Source of the DNA: a virus
Virus record (IMG/VR): IMGVR_UViG_3300027747_002638
Length of the DNA: 64,000 bases
Direction: 5' to 3' (one strand)
The notes beneath the pieces are model-generated. The model was not told the origin of the DNA. It saw nothing but the letters and a program-made list of their open reading frames with translations, and did not search any database. The position numbers were made by a program, and so were the translations under genes. Numbering within the stretch: position 1 is the stretch's first letter; every line of letters starts with the position of its first letter. This document shows positions 1-10,166 of this stretch, piece by piece.

Positions 1-374
1 TCTTCAGAACGATCCTTTTCTTCTTTTAAAGAAATCTTTTGAAAATCATTTTGAAGTTCAAATATTTTTATATAGAGTTTTGTGTATTCTTCTTTATCAA
101 TTTCACTAAATACTCCACCATCATTAGTAAATCTCTTTGATAAAAGTGCTCTAGTTAATAATCCAGCTTTAATACCTTCAGATAATCTAACGCCATAAAA
201 TAATTCAGCTTCATCAAATAACAGTCTTGTTGGTTTTTTAATAACAATTTTTTGAGGTATTTGTTTTTTTACAGTTTTTGTAACTGATATTTCTTCACCA
301 CTTTCATTCTTTTCACTTATAGTTTCTTTAAGTTCTATTTCTTTATTTAATGTGAATTCGTATAATTTTTTCAT
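1..374 (-). CDS. Partial hypothetical protein, possible tail assembly chaperone (runs off the window)
   Basis: Read by hand: ATG at 374 overlaps the TGA of the upstream gene (ATGA). Open frame MKKLYEFTLNKEIELKETISEKNESGEEISVTK...KKPTRLLFDEAELFYG. Lies downstream of the tail tube gene. Confidence 0.6.
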   Translation of the reverse strand, partial: MKKLYEFTLNKEIELKETISEKNESGEEISVTKTVKKQIPQKIVIKKPTRLLFDEAELFYGVRLSEGIKAGLLTRALLSKRFTNDGGVFSEIDKEEYTKLYIKIFELQNDFQKISLKEEKDRSE

Positions 375-640
375 ATAGTTTCCTTATTTTCTATTTTTTC
401 TAAAAAACTTTTAATCTTTTTATAACTAGCAGGACCACCTATAGTTTTAATAAACTTGTTCTTTTTGTTTTCATCCCAGCATTGATAATTTTTAACAAAA
501 TTGGGATTTGAGAATATTTTTAATGTAGGATTTAAAATACCAAAATCATTTTTTAATGATCTTTGTATTGATTGAAGATTCAAATTACTTTCAATAATTT
601 GTTCTGCAGAGAAAACAAAGCTTAATTTTGTGGATTTCAT
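371..640 (-). CDS. Hypothetical protein
   Basis: 89-aa ORF with ATGA overlaps on both sides. Confidence 0.6.
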   Translation of the reverse strand: MKSTKLSFVFSAEQIIESNLNLQSIQRSLKNDFGILNPTLKIFSNPNFVKNYQCWDENKKNKFIKTIGGPASYKKIKSFLEKIENKETI

Positions 641-864
641 TTTAATGTAATATTTAATTTGCTGAAATTTTCTTCTAGTTCTCTTACTGCATCGTTAGCA
701 TTATCAAGCACTCTTTTTCTGATCTTTTGATAAGCTTCATCACTTATATTATATCCAGAATCCGATAAATCTTCAAGAATAAAAAAGAAATTCTTATATA
801 TACTTGTAATTTTCCTCTTTATCTGAAAAAGAGTCATGTCTTTAATAGCCTTATCTGAATCCAT
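637..864 (-). CDS. Hypothetical protein
   Basis: ORF track 637..882; start moved to the ATG at 864, which is preceded by AAAGGA; GTGTAA motif at 900-905. Confidence 0.6.
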   Translation of the reverse strand: MDSDKAIKDMTLFQIKRKITSIYKNFFFILEDLSDSGYNISDEAYQKIRKRVLDNANDAVRELEENFSKLNITLK

Positions 865-905
865 AAAATTCCTTTGTATCACCTTTTACCTACTAGCATT
901 TACAC

Positions 906-938
906 AAAAAAATAACCCCCGAGAACGGGGGTTATTTT
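906..938 (-). terminator. Rho-independent terminator after the tail tube gene
   Basis: Stem AAAATAACCCCCG / CGGGGGTTATTTT with a 4-nt loop, followed by a T-run on the minus strand. Confidence 0.85.
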
Positions 939-960
939 AATTTAATAATTTAATTATTTA

Positions 961-2076
961 TTAATATATGCCACTAATAAACAATCCATTAACTGTATCT
1001 TGTGGTCCACCAACTTGTGAACTAAAGTTCAATGTAACGGATTTGTTTGAGCCGATATCAGAACTAAATTCTTGACTATCTAATTTAGCTCTTCTTAAAT
1101 CAAATTGAGCGACTGTTACGGTTGAATCTAGTGGACTTTTGATAGTAATAATTGGATTATAGAATGTTGTACTATCATTTACTACTAGACTTTGTAATGT
1201 TCCAGTTGAGATATCTGTTACTTGTGCGTCTACGCTCAAATTAACAGTAAGTGGGAAGTCGATTTCACGAGCAAATGCGAATTTACTTCCTAATCTTTCA
1301 ATTGGAGTACGAGCCAAGTCAAAGTTTAATGTGTAGCTTTGAATGTTAAATGTTGAACTATCTGCTCCTGGAGTTGTTGGTAAGCTTAGAGTAATATCTC
1401 CTGGGCGAAGAGCACTAATTCCAGTTGCGTTTGCTGCAGTAGCGGTATTCTGAGTAGCAACATCTAGAGCATAAAACGTACCAGTAATAGCTGTTCCAAG
1501 ACTAGGATTGATAGCTGGAATATAATTTCCAGTTGTTCCTTGTTGGAAAGTCATATTTAAACCTTCAACATTAATTGTTGTGGTTGGGAAATTACCAACA
1601 CTAGCTTCGGTTGAGTAAGAAGTCATGAAGCCGTTTCCAATTCCAATTACTCCGATAGTTGAACCTGTAGCTGTATTTCCAACTGCATCTGTTCCTTCTG
1701 GAGTTGTTTTGATAAAATAATTTTTCTCGTCTTGAGTCTTATTTAAAATTCCAGATATAGCAGAAACTGCTGCTGTTGAACCAGTTGTTGATACGGTGAG
1801 TCCTAAATCGTTTTCATTAGATAAATTAGCTAGGATGTAACTAAAATCAAGAGCTACAGTTGGTGATGTTAAAATAACACGATCAATTGCTGCCAATTGA
1901 CCAAATTGATTAACATCTGTGCGGTCTACTGTAAAGCTATAATTAGCTGTTTGTACTCTTTGAAGTTGTTGAACTAGGTTATTTCCACTATTTCCTGAAC
2001 TAAAGTGGTTTCCTGTTGCTGGGGAAGGTCCAACGTAAAGAGCTTCTGATTGATAAATTATACGATTTCTTGCCAT
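961..2076 (-). CDS. Major tail (tube) protein
   Basis: 371 aa, Thr/Ser/Gly-rich and beta-rich. GGAG SD, own late promoter and terminator. Follows the tail-completion genes. Confidence 0.75.
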   Translation of the reverse strand: MARNRIIYQSEALYVGPSPATGNHFSSGNSGNNLVQQLQRVQTANYSFTVDRTDVNQFGQLAAIDRVILTSPTVALDFSYILANLSNENDLGLTVSTTGSTAAVSAISGILNKTQDEKNYFIKTTPEGTDAVGNTATGSTIGVIGIGNGFMTSYSTEASVGNFPTTTINVEGLNMTFQQGTTGNYIPAINPSLGTAITGTFYALDVATQNTATAANATGISALRPGDITLSLPTTPGADSSTFNIQSYTLNFDLARTPIERLGSKFAFAREIDFPLTVNLSVDAQVTDISTGTLQSLVVNDSTTFYNPIITIKSPLDSTVTVAQFDLRRAKLDSQEFSSDIGSNKSVTLNFSSQVGGPQDTVNGLFISGIY

Positions 2077-2133
2077 ATTATTGTTTCTCCATTTTCTGTT
2101 ATTACACCTATTTTTTAACTTTTTTTCTAATTT

Positions 2134-2997
2134 TTATTGATTTGGATATCTATTTTTACCTAGTTCAAAATCAACAAAAGCTGAATATACGTTACGATTT
2201 AGGCTGTTTGTAGCATTTAATAATTTAGTATCAGTTTTAGTAACATTAACTTCGTTAATATATACATATTCACTATCTACTACTTTATTTTTTATTAAAT
2301 TAATATAGTTAAATGAACTACCAGTTACAGACCCTAGGGAATTAAAGGGCATTTCATCTGGATATATTAATGGTATTAATTGACGACTTGTATCTCTCAT
2401 TATGCTTGTAACAGCGTCTAAAGCAAATACGCTATCTGCTAATATTACTGCTCTTACAAAACTAATAGTTTGATCAAAGCCACCGAAAGCTAAAGGTTTA
2501 TTTTTACCACCCTGATATTTTAAATATATAACAGGATAAGTTTCTGCTCCTATAGGTAAGCCTGTAGGATTTTGATATGTTTTAGGATTTATTTGATATT
2601 GTGTTTCAAATAATAAACTTTCTTCAGTTTTACTAGTTAAATACATATTAAAATCTTTAACAGCATAATTTCCACTTAAAGCTGTTGTAGGATTAGATAT
2701 TGGTGAAGTAAAATATAATTGACCATTTGCAGCATCAATTCCACTTAATGTTCCTTGGCCTGGAACAGTGAAAACCCCACTTACATAAACTCCACTTATA
2801 ATATTTGCGCCAGTTATTGAACTATCAATTACCATTTGTTTAAATGGTGCACCATAAGTATAATATCCATAATACATATTAGGAAGCGGATAAAATGTAC
2901 TTTGATAATTTGAATAAGCTTCACCTTTTGTCATTATTTTATTATCTAACCAAAGTAAGATGCTGGTCATTATAATATTATCAAATTGTGGTAACAT
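2134..2997 (-). CDS. Putative tail terminator/completion protein
   Basis: Synteny immediately before the tail tube gene; YPVIYL motif typical of terminator-like folds. Confidence 0.5.
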   Translation of the reverse strand: MLPQFDNIIMTSILLWLDNKIMTKGEAYSNYQSTFYPLPNMYYGYYTYGAPFKQMVIDSSITGANIISGVYVSGVFTVPGQGTLSGIDAANGQLYFTSPISNPTTALSGNYAVKDFNMYLTSKTEESLLFETQYQINPKTYQNPTGLPIGAETYPVIYLKYQGGKNKPLAFGGFDQTISFVRAVILADSVFALDAVTSIMRDTSRQLIPLIYPDEMPFNSLGSVTGSSFNYINLIKNKVVDSEYVYINEVNVTKTDTKLLNATNSLNRNVYSAFVDFELGKNRYPNQ

Positions 2998-2998
2998 A

Positions 2999-3589
2999 TT
3001 ATTTTAAACTCCTTATAAAATTTTGATATAATTCAGACATATATTTTACTGGTTTATAGGTTATACTTCTAACTTTATTTTTTGATTGAATACCTTTTCC
3101 AGACCTACTATTTGGAAATAATAATCCATAAACATAATATCCAAATCCAGGAATACCATCTTCTACTCCTTTAACCCAGCTTCTACCACCTTCAAAAGGT
3201 AGTGGAGTTTTAGTTTTAATTTCGTCTGGAGATGGAGTAAAAACATTAAATTTTAATTGAAGATTTTTAGTATCAAATGTTGATTTTTTATCTAAAAAAG
3301 TATTTTGTTTTACCAAATCTTTTAGATCATCTATAGGTTTAGATTCCGCTTCAAAACCAATGAATGCAAATAAATTCTCTACGCCATTTAAAGTGCGACT
3401 TAAATTTTCTCCTTCTGGACCTTGAGAAAGTTCTTGAGAAACTGGATGTTGATCGATTTGTTCAATATAATCATTAAGATTTTCATTTAAAATTTCTTTA
3501 GCTAAATTTGTAGCTTCTTTTTTAAGAGAAGATTGGTATGCTTCACTTAGTTCTGATTTAATTTGATTAAAATTAATTTTAGTTGCCAT
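2999..3589 (-). CDS. Putative neck/tail completion protein
   Basis: Synteny between head closure and terminator genes; basic C-terminus (SRSGKGIQ). Confidence 0.5.
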   Translation of the reverse strand: MATKINFNQIKSELSEAYQSSLKKEATNLAKEILNENLNDYIEQIDQHPVSQELSQGPEGENLSRTLNGVENLFAFIGFEAESKPIDDLKDLVKQNTFLDKKSTFDTKNLQLKFNVFTPSPDEIKTKTPLPFEGGRSWVKGVEDGIPGFGYYVYGLLFPNSRSGKGIQSKNKVRSITYKPVKYMSELYQNFIRSLK

Positions 3590-4029
3590 TATTTTGTTTG
3601 TTCTAATCCATAAACATAATACGAATTAGTTAAATACCTTTTAATTGTATCTTCTGTTATTACGTTCCATGTTTTTCCGTCAAATTCAAGTTTGATAGTT
3701 TTGCCGTTATTCATAAAATCTCTTGCATCTTGTCTAACTTTTAAAGTAACATCGCCACGAGCAAATACTAATTTTAAATCACTATTTACAGCATCAACAT
3801 CTCTTGAATTATTATAATATATTCTTCCATTAAAAATTCCAGTAACAGGTTGATATGTATAATTTATAGCATCTGAGGCTTGGCCGTATCCATACATTGG
3901 GGCGCTTTGTAGTTGTTGAATAATTTTTATTGGTTCTTTATGAACCACGAAAGGCCTTGAGAAATAAGTAAAAAAATTATCGTATTCTTGAGCAAACCCA
4001 GAAACTGTTGAAGAATCTATATAGCTCAT
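3589..4029 (-). CDS. Putative head closure (stopper) protein
   Basis: 146 aa; FDGKTWNV beta-barrel-like C-terminus; synteny. Confidence 0.55.
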   Translation of the reverse strand: MSYIDSSTVSGFAQEYDNFFTYFSRPFVVHKEPIKIIQQLQSAPMYGYGQASDAINYTYQPVTGIFNGRIYYNNSRDVDAVNSDLKLVFARGDVTLKVRQDARDFMNNGKTIKLEFDGKTWNVITEDTIKRYLTNSYYVYGLEQTK

Positions 4030-4034
4030 AATTA

Positions 4035-4544
4035 TTATCCATTGTAACTAGTTCTTATATTATATAATGCATCTCTATAGAAATAATCATAACTTCCAGG
4101 AATTGTATCGTCTCCAGCTACTTGTAATGGGGTAGCGCCATTGTTCTTATAATCTGTACTTAGTTGTTTTAATTCGGTATATTCTTGTTGTCTTATATTA
4201 TAAAAATTTCTTAAAACTTCGTTTTTATTTAATTTTTGAACACTAGCAATATCATCTTTGATTACAGTATAATCATTAATCGCTAAACTTCCAGTACTTT
4301 TAATTTTAAGATCAAAAAAGTATATAGAATACATTTTCTTAAAAATATACTTTTCAACATCAGAAAGATTAGGAGAAATTTCATATGTTTGGTCATTTAT
4401 AGAAAAAGATGTATTTAGCATATTATTCAAACCACCTATATTTCTTCTTACCCACGCAGCTATAACTGCTATGCTAAAATCAGAAGGTTCACCCATTTCT
4501 TCGTATATTTCCTGTGCAATAGATGTAACTGTATTTATTATCAT
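4035..4544 (-). CDS. Putative head-tail adaptor
   Basis: Helical ~170-aa protein directly upstream of the stopper; ATG at 4544 is 10 nt after a GTGTAA motif. Confidence 0.5.
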   Translation of the reverse strand: MIINTVTSIAQEIYEEMGEPSDFSIAVIAAWVRRNIGGLNNMLNTSFSINDQTYEISPNLSDVEKYIFKKMYSIYFFDLKIKSTGSLAINDYTVIKDDIASVQKLNKNEVLRNFYNIRQQEYTELKQLSTDYKNNGATPLQVAGDDTIPGSYDYFYRDALYNIRTSYNG

Positions 4545-4582
4545 ATAATACAAATTACACCTTAGAATATTTTTTTTATCTA

Positions 4583-7474
4583 TTAATAATATACTGGAAT
4601 AAATCCACCTGGAGTCCAGTTGTAACCATCTAATGGAGTATTTATATTTATATATCTCATTCTTTTGCTACTAACTACGGGTTCAAGACTTGGTATATTT
4701 TCTATTGTGACTTGAGGTAATGAATTAATTGATCTTAAGCTAGAAACTAAAGCTGGATTAGTATCGGTCCAATTTCCAGAACTATACCAATTAGCTAATG
4801 GAATTGTATCAGGAGCAATTGCTTGTCCTGAGTGATAGTTATTTAGTAGTAATATTTTATATTGACTTGGAAGTTGACCAACTGCTCCTGTATAGAGCGT
4901 CCAAATTCCTCTGTTATCATGAGTATTTTTTACTGCATTGTAAGATATAACAGAAAAATTATCGCCTTGATATCTTGCATAAAAATAATAATATGGACTA
5001 TTTTCAGTATTATTCTGAGAAATAGCAGATGCTCTAAAAAATTCAGCTTCTCCAGAACTACCATAAGCATAAGTTGGTAATGGAAGAGATGCTAATCTAT
5101 TCGTTGCTTTTTGAAATCCATAATCCATTCCAACATTTTGTAAAAGTCCAACGTATAAATCATATGTTCCAGTTACTATTGTTCTTCCATAAGCTCCTCT
5201 TCCAATTGTGTTAGGGACTTGAATTGTTGAAGGTATTTTAATTGGGCAATATAATTCTTCATTTTCAGTATTAGAAGTTATGACTTCTTTATTTAAAGAA
5301 TAAATAAGTTCTCCATTTAACCCAGTTCTTTCAAGTGTTGTTGTTGAAAAATGCCAAGATTGATTTGTAATATAGCCTAATGCTTTTTGATTATCTATAT
5401 TCGCTAAATTAAATGGTTCACTTGTTGATCCAGTAAATATAGTTGATCCACTTAAATATATACTGTTTGCTCTTAAACTTTTAGATCCTAAATTTAAACC
5501 ACTTGAATTAAACGTAAAATTATTTGATCCTAAATTAACTTTTAATGTATTTGATTCATTATTAAATATGTTTCCATTACCTAAAGCTACATTATTAGAG
5601 CTATTTGTAAATGTATTTGATAATCCTAAAGCAGAATTATTATTTGACAAACTTCCAGTTGATAAATTACTGTTTCCAACAATAACAGAACTATTAGTAT
5701 TAAAAAGTTTATTATTATTTCCTATAGAAATATTTGAAATATTATTTCCAGTTCCATAAATATTTGTAAAGTTTCCTAATACTAAATTATTTGAACCAGA
5801 TGAAAAATTAGTATCCCCAATTAAAATAGAATTTGCGCCAGTTGAATTTCGTGCTAGTACTGATGTACTATTATTTCCAACTAATATTGAACGATTAATA
5901 TAATTATAACTATTATTACCAACTAAAACATTTTGTTGTAAAATTGAGTTTGAATCTGGAATTATATTAGTTCCATCTAATGTATAATTACCATTTCCAA
6001 GAGTATTCGAATTTCCAACGAGTACAGAATTATTTGTATTAAAGAATGTATTTAAATTACCTAAAGAAATAGATGTATTTAAAGTTTTATTTATATTACT
6101 ATTTCCTACAATAGTAACCCCACTTATAGATCTGTTTGAAATATTATTTCCAAGTGAATTGACATTTGAAGAAACTGCCATTTCATTATCTTGTCCAATA
6201 TTATTGATTGATTTTAATCCGCTAGCAAAATAATTATTCGTACCAAAAGAATTGATATCAGCAATAGTATTTTTTGCATCTACTAATGCATTTGTATTTC
6301 CAGCAACATTTATATTGTTAAAATTATTAGAAAAAATTGTATTTCCTTTACCAATTAGATTAACATTAGAGCCAGTGCTATTCCTCATTAATTGTCCAAC
6401 TCTATCTTGATTTATACTGTTATCTCTACCTACTATCATACTAGTTTCTATAGATGTTACTCCAGTACTTACTGTATTAGTTGCTCCTAAATAAATTGAA
6501 GAGTTTGAGTTATTGAGAGTTGTAGCGTTTCCAATTACTATGTTGCCAGTAGATGAATTTATTATTGAATCTGATCCTACCAATAAAAGATCAGATCCAG
6601 TGCTTATTACTGAAGAATTGCCAAGTAGAACTATTTTATCACTATTAAAAATAGTATTTAAATTACCATTAACTATTGAATAAATTGATGGACTATTTAT
6701 ATTTCCACTGTTAAATAATGCATTACTTGCGCCAAAAACATAATTGTTTTGTTGATATAAACCACCTACTCCAGTATAATCAGAGTCTATATAATTAAAT
6801 TGTCCAATTGAAACATTTGGCCCTGCAAATGTACCATTTGCTATTGCTCCAGTAGGACTACTAGATCTAATTTCAATTCCAACAGGATAGAGTGCGTTTT
6901 CAATTTTAATGTAAGCTTCTTGATTGTCTGATCTAAATAATAAATTTCCATTGATATTTACTTTTTCCGCAGTTACTCCTTGATCTATTCTTCCAAAATT
7001 TATATAATCATCATAACCTACAGCAAATGTTCCACTATTATATAATTTATTTATTTTACCATTTAAATCTAACGGTAGAATTTGAGCTTTAAAAAAACAA
7101 GTACTAGGGAAAACTGCTCGATTTATACTCAACCCAGTAGAATTAACTTGAAGTCCTTCAAATCCAGTATATCTTGAAAATGATCCAGTTTGAGTTCTGC
7201 CAGTCATTAATAACCAGTATTGGTTTTGATAATGATACTTTAAATCGTTTATATTATTAAAGACTAGCCCTACATTAAGTCCAGTTCCATAAGCAACTCT
7301 TAAAGTGTCGCCACTTGGTATGAAAAAAATATCATCATATAGCCCAGTTCTTACAGAAGATGGAGTTACTATGCTTGAAGTATATAAATTTGGAACTATT
7401 CCTGTACCTTGAAAAATTTCAAAGACCCCCGAATTTAATCGTAAATTACCCTGTAAATTGCTAATAGTTGGCAT
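4583..7474 (-). CDS. Fibre/adhesin-like virion protein with YadA-head-like (IG..N) repeats
   Basis: 963 aa; many ~14-aa N/S-x-x-I/V-G-x-x-N repeats. Confidence 0.65.
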   Translation of the reverse strand: MPTISNLQGNLRLNSGVFEIFQGTGIVPNLYTSSIVTPSSVRTGLYDDIFFIPSGDTLRVAYGTGLNVGLVFNNINDLKYHYQNQYWLLMTGRTQTGSFSRYTGFEGLQVNSTGLSINRAVFPSTCFFKAQILPLDLNGKINKLYNSGTFAVGYDDYINFGRIDQGVTAEKVNINGNLLFRSDNQEAYIKIENALYPVGIEIRSSSPTGAIANGTFAGPNVSIGQFNYIDSDYTGVGGLYQQNNYVFGASNALFNSGNINSPSIYSIVNGNLNTIFNSDKIVLLGNSSVISTGSDLLLVGSDSIINSSTGNIVIGNATTLNNSNSSIYLGATNTVSTGVTSIETSMIVGRDNSINQDRVGQLMRNSTGSNVNLIGKGNTIFSNNFNNINVAGNTNALVDAKNTIADINSFGTNNYFASGLKSINNIGQDNEMAVSSNVNSLGNNISNRSISGVTIVGNSNINKTLNTSISLGNLNTFFNTNNSVLVGNSNTLGNGNYTLDGTNIIPDSNSILQQNVLVGNNSYNYINRSILVGNNSTSVLARNSTGANSILIGDTNFSSGSNNLVLGNFTNIYGTGNNISNISIGNNNKLFNTNSSVIVGNSNLSTGSLSNNNSALGLSNTFTNSSNNVALGNGNIFNNESNTLKVNLGSNNFTFNSSGLNLGSKSLRANSIYLSGSTIFTGSTSEPFNLANIDNQKALGYITNQSWHFSTTTLERTGLNGELIYSLNKEVITSNTENEELYCPIKIPSTIQVPNTIGRGAYGRTIVTGTYDLYVGLLQNVGMDYGFQKATNRLASLPLPTYAYGSSGEAEFFRASAISQNNTENSPYYYFYARYQGDNFSVISYNAVKNTHDNRGIWTLYTGAVGQLPSQYKILLLNNYHSGQAIAPDTIPLANWYSSGNWTDTNPALVSSLRSINSLPQVTIENIPSLEPVVSSKRMRYININTPLDGYNWTPGGFIPVYY

Positions 7475-7493
7475 ATATAATTATATACACAAA

Positions 7494-7722
7494 TTACACC
7501 AAATTTTTAATTAATAAATCTTTATTATAGATCTTGTTGATATCTATATCGCATTGATGAGGTAAACCTACGAATTCTTTCTCTATTTAAAAAAACTTCT
7601 GGATATGGACATATTACTATTAATTTTCTATCTGGATAATTTTTATTTATATTCTCTACTACAGCAGTAGCTGCGATATGCTTACCTATTCCACCCTGCA
7701 AGAAAAATATTACAGTTTTCAC
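7494..7722 (-). pseudogene. Internally deleted GT9-like (heptosyltransferase-fold) glycosyltransferase remnant
   Basis: N-terminus IFFLQGGIGKHIAATAVV...LIVICPYPEVFLN is fused out of frame to a C-terminal-like segment EKEFVGLPHQCDID...NLV*. Confidence 0.6.
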
Positions 7723-7777
7723 TTATGATATTATAAAGTTAATATAATTAAATTTCAAAATTAAATGAGTAGTTAAA

Positions 7778-8227
7778 TTACACTGGGATTTCTATCTCTT
7801 GATTTTTGTTGTAACTGCCTATTTTATTTAATTTTTTGATATCTAATTGAGAGGCTAGTTGCTGTAAATCTGGTATATTAATTGCATCTGTTATAAAATC
7901 ATAATCACTATATTTAACTTTTATATTAAATTTAGAAGCAAGTTCGTCTGCTTCAGCGTCTTGTCTCCATTTTCCAGTAACTCTTGAGCCAGTTGCTATT
8001 AGTTTAAAATTTTGATCTGGATTGAGTTTTTTAAGTTCTGAAGCTATTGTAAGATATATATTTTTAGTTTGGTCATCAAATTCTTCGAATTTTGTAATTT
8101 TAGGCTTATTATATTTTCTAGATTCTTTGATTGCTTCTAAAGAGTTAACGAAAGCTTGAACTTCTGGTGATTGATCTTTCATTTCAATCAATTCTTTTAA
8201 AGTATAATTTTTACCTATTTCTATCAT
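7778..8227 (-). CDS. Pol-beta-superfamily nucleotidyltransferase-like protein
   Basis: hhhGS (LIATGSRVTG) and D-x-D (SDYDF) motifs. Confidence 0.5.
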   Translation of the reverse strand: MIEIGKNYTLKELIEMKDQSPEVQAFVNSLEAIKESRKYNKPKITKFEEFDDQTKNIYLTIASELKKLNPDQNFKLIATGSRVTGKWRQDAEADELASKFNIKVKYSDYDFITDAINIPDLQQLASQLDIKKLNKIGSYNKNQEIEIPV

Positions 8228-8230
8228 AAA

Positions 8231-8836
8231 TTAACCCCATCCAATAAAACCACCGATTGAATCAAAATAAGATGTATAACCATTCCAAGATGGATTAATG
8301 AAATCAACCGTTTCTATCATACTAGGTGTTTGATCAGTAATATCGTATGGATAATTAATATAAAAAGTCCAAGGAATAGCTCTCTCTTCTACAGCATTTC
8401 CATCATACTCCATATATACATAACTATAAATTGTTAATATCATTTTTCTGCCAATTGAACTTTTTAAAACCACTCCCACTTGTCCTCCAGGATAAAATGT
8501 AAAATCATTGATTTTATAAATATTTTTAAGATAAGAATTAAGTTGATCTATACATCCAACTGGTCCAAATCCGTATCCATCATTTCTATAATAAGCATAC
8601 TGTAAAAAATCATCTTGAGTAAAAATATAATTATATTGATTATTTACAATAACTTTATTATCAACTTTTAAATAATATAAATATACATCTGAATAAAAAT
8701 AAGCAAGAGCTGGATCATCGCCATAAGAACCCATATTATATCCATAGTTAAAACTATAACCATATGAAGAACGAAATTTTTTTTCTATTCCGTAAGAAGA
8801 TCTTGTGCCAGCATTAACAGATGGCAGTACTATCAT
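8231..8836 (-). CDS. Hypothetical Tyr-rich protein
   Basis: 201-aa ORF with ATGA overlap. Confidence 0.6.
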   Translation of the reverse strand: MIVLPSVNAGTRSSYGIEKKFRSSYGYSFNYGYNMGSYGDDPALAYFYSDVYLYYLKVDNKVIVNNQYNYIFTQDDFLQYAYYRNDGYGFGPVGCIDQLNSYLKNIYKINDFTFYPGGQVGVVLKSSIGRKMILTIYSYVYMEYDGNAVEERAIPWTFYINYPYDITDQTPSMIETVDFINPSWNGYTSYFDSIGGFIGWG

Positions 8837-9291
8837 AATGTTGTATTTCCATACATTATATATCCATTACTTCCTGTATGTAATATTGAAGCTGTTGCAA
8901 ATTGACCCGCAGTTCTATATTGATTATTAAATGAATCAATTCTAATTCCAATTCCAGAACCTGTGATTTGAATTTGTCCTATGCCAACTTGCATTACCGT
9001 TATATTAAAACCAAGAGCATTACCGCTAACTATTCGTCCTATTACTTCAGTTGCTGAATTTACCATAATCATTCTACTGTTGTAATTCCCAGAGATATTA
9101 AAATTAGCTGAGAGATTAATTATCTGAGGAGTTGCGTTAATTAAATTAGAATTATTTAAATCTATTCCAGAGGTAAAAATTCCAGAATTGGCAAAAGTTT
9201 TAACTCCACTTATATTTTGATTATTTAGTGTGTTAACATATCTAATATCTGCATCAGTTTGATTGATGTAAATTGGATTGTTTAGTTGCAT
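8833..9291 (-). CDS. Fibre-module virion protein
   Basis: Contains the QNISGVKTF module shared with the fibre genes; GTGTAA 9 nt upstream. Confidence 0.55.
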   Translation of the reverse strand: MQLNNPIYINQTDADIRYVNTLNNQNISGVKTFANSGIFTSGIDLNNSNLINATPQIINLSANFNISGNYNSRMIMVNSATEVIGRIVSGNALGFNITVMQVGIGQIQITGSGIGIRIDSFNNQYRTAGQFATASILHTGSNGYIMYGNTTL

Positions 9292-9311
9292 ATAGGTATA
9301 TTACACTTTGT

Positions 9312-10166
9312 TTATGGTAGAGCTAAACCTTCGCCTACTGTTCTTTTTATTAAATTATTAAGATCTGTGTGCTCTCCATCAGATAAGGTTTTATAAAAAG
9401 CGCCAAAAAAGTGAAGTTTAGTATCACTTGGATAATACCATCCTCCTAATTTAAGTCTACTTGGTCCAGGGTAAGGTCCAGATGGAAGATAAACTGGAAG
9501 AGTCATAGCAGATGTTGCTGTTGTTGTTACTAGATTTCCATTTTTATAAACCTTAAGAAATCCATTAGTTGTTGCAGAGTCATAGTAAGCTGTATATGAT
9601 ACGCTGTTAAATCCCATACCAGCTTTAACTTGAGCATTCGTTGATGTGTCATATATATTTCCATAAGCAATTTCTGTGCTACTATACAATGCATCAACCC
9701 AAAGTCTCATTGCTCTCTGACCATCTTCTTCCGTACTTTGCGTAGCAAAATAAACTGCTTGATTTCTACCAATTCCTTTTCCAATAGCAAAATAAGATAT
9801 ATTCCCTGTATAAACTTGAAGAGGTGGACATACAACTGTTGAGGTATCACCATTTCCAAAAGTGTAAAAATTCATTCCATTTGTAGACCATTCAATATTA
9901 TTATATCCATTTGATGTTATAAGAAAGGTTCCATCATTGTTAGGTTTTAAACCATATACTGTTGTGCCAGCTCCTGCATTTTGATTGGAAGATAATAAAA
10001 ATATATTAGCGGCCAGATCCCAAAGCTTCATTTTCTTTAAACCAATAACAAATTGATTAACTTGTCTCATACCAACTGGAGTTAATCCTTGATTTCCACC
10101 AGCTATTATTCTTGCATTATAAGCAAGAACATCAGCATCAATTCCATATGTTCTATTAGTTATCAT
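9312..10166 (-). CDS. Tandem lectin-like paralogue 5 of 5
   Basis: Shared N-terminal domain (D.D...Y..RI...QF..GLK...QNAG.GT) and C-terminal GEGLALP. Confidence 0.65.
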   Translation of the reverse strand: MITNRTYGIDADVLAYNARIIAGGNQGLTPVGMRQVNQFVIGLKKMKLWDLAANIFLLSSNQNAGAGTTVYGLKPNNDGTFLITSNGYNNIEWSTNGMNFYTFGNGDTSTVVCPPLQVYTGNISYFAIGKGIGRNQAVYFATQSTEEDGQRAMRLWVDALYSSTEIAYGNIYDTSTNAQVKAGMGFNSVSYTAYYDSATTNGFLKVYKNGNLVTTTATSAMTLPVYLPSGPYPGPSRLKLGGWYYPSDTKLHFFGAFYKTLSDGEHTDLNNLIKRTVGEGLALP

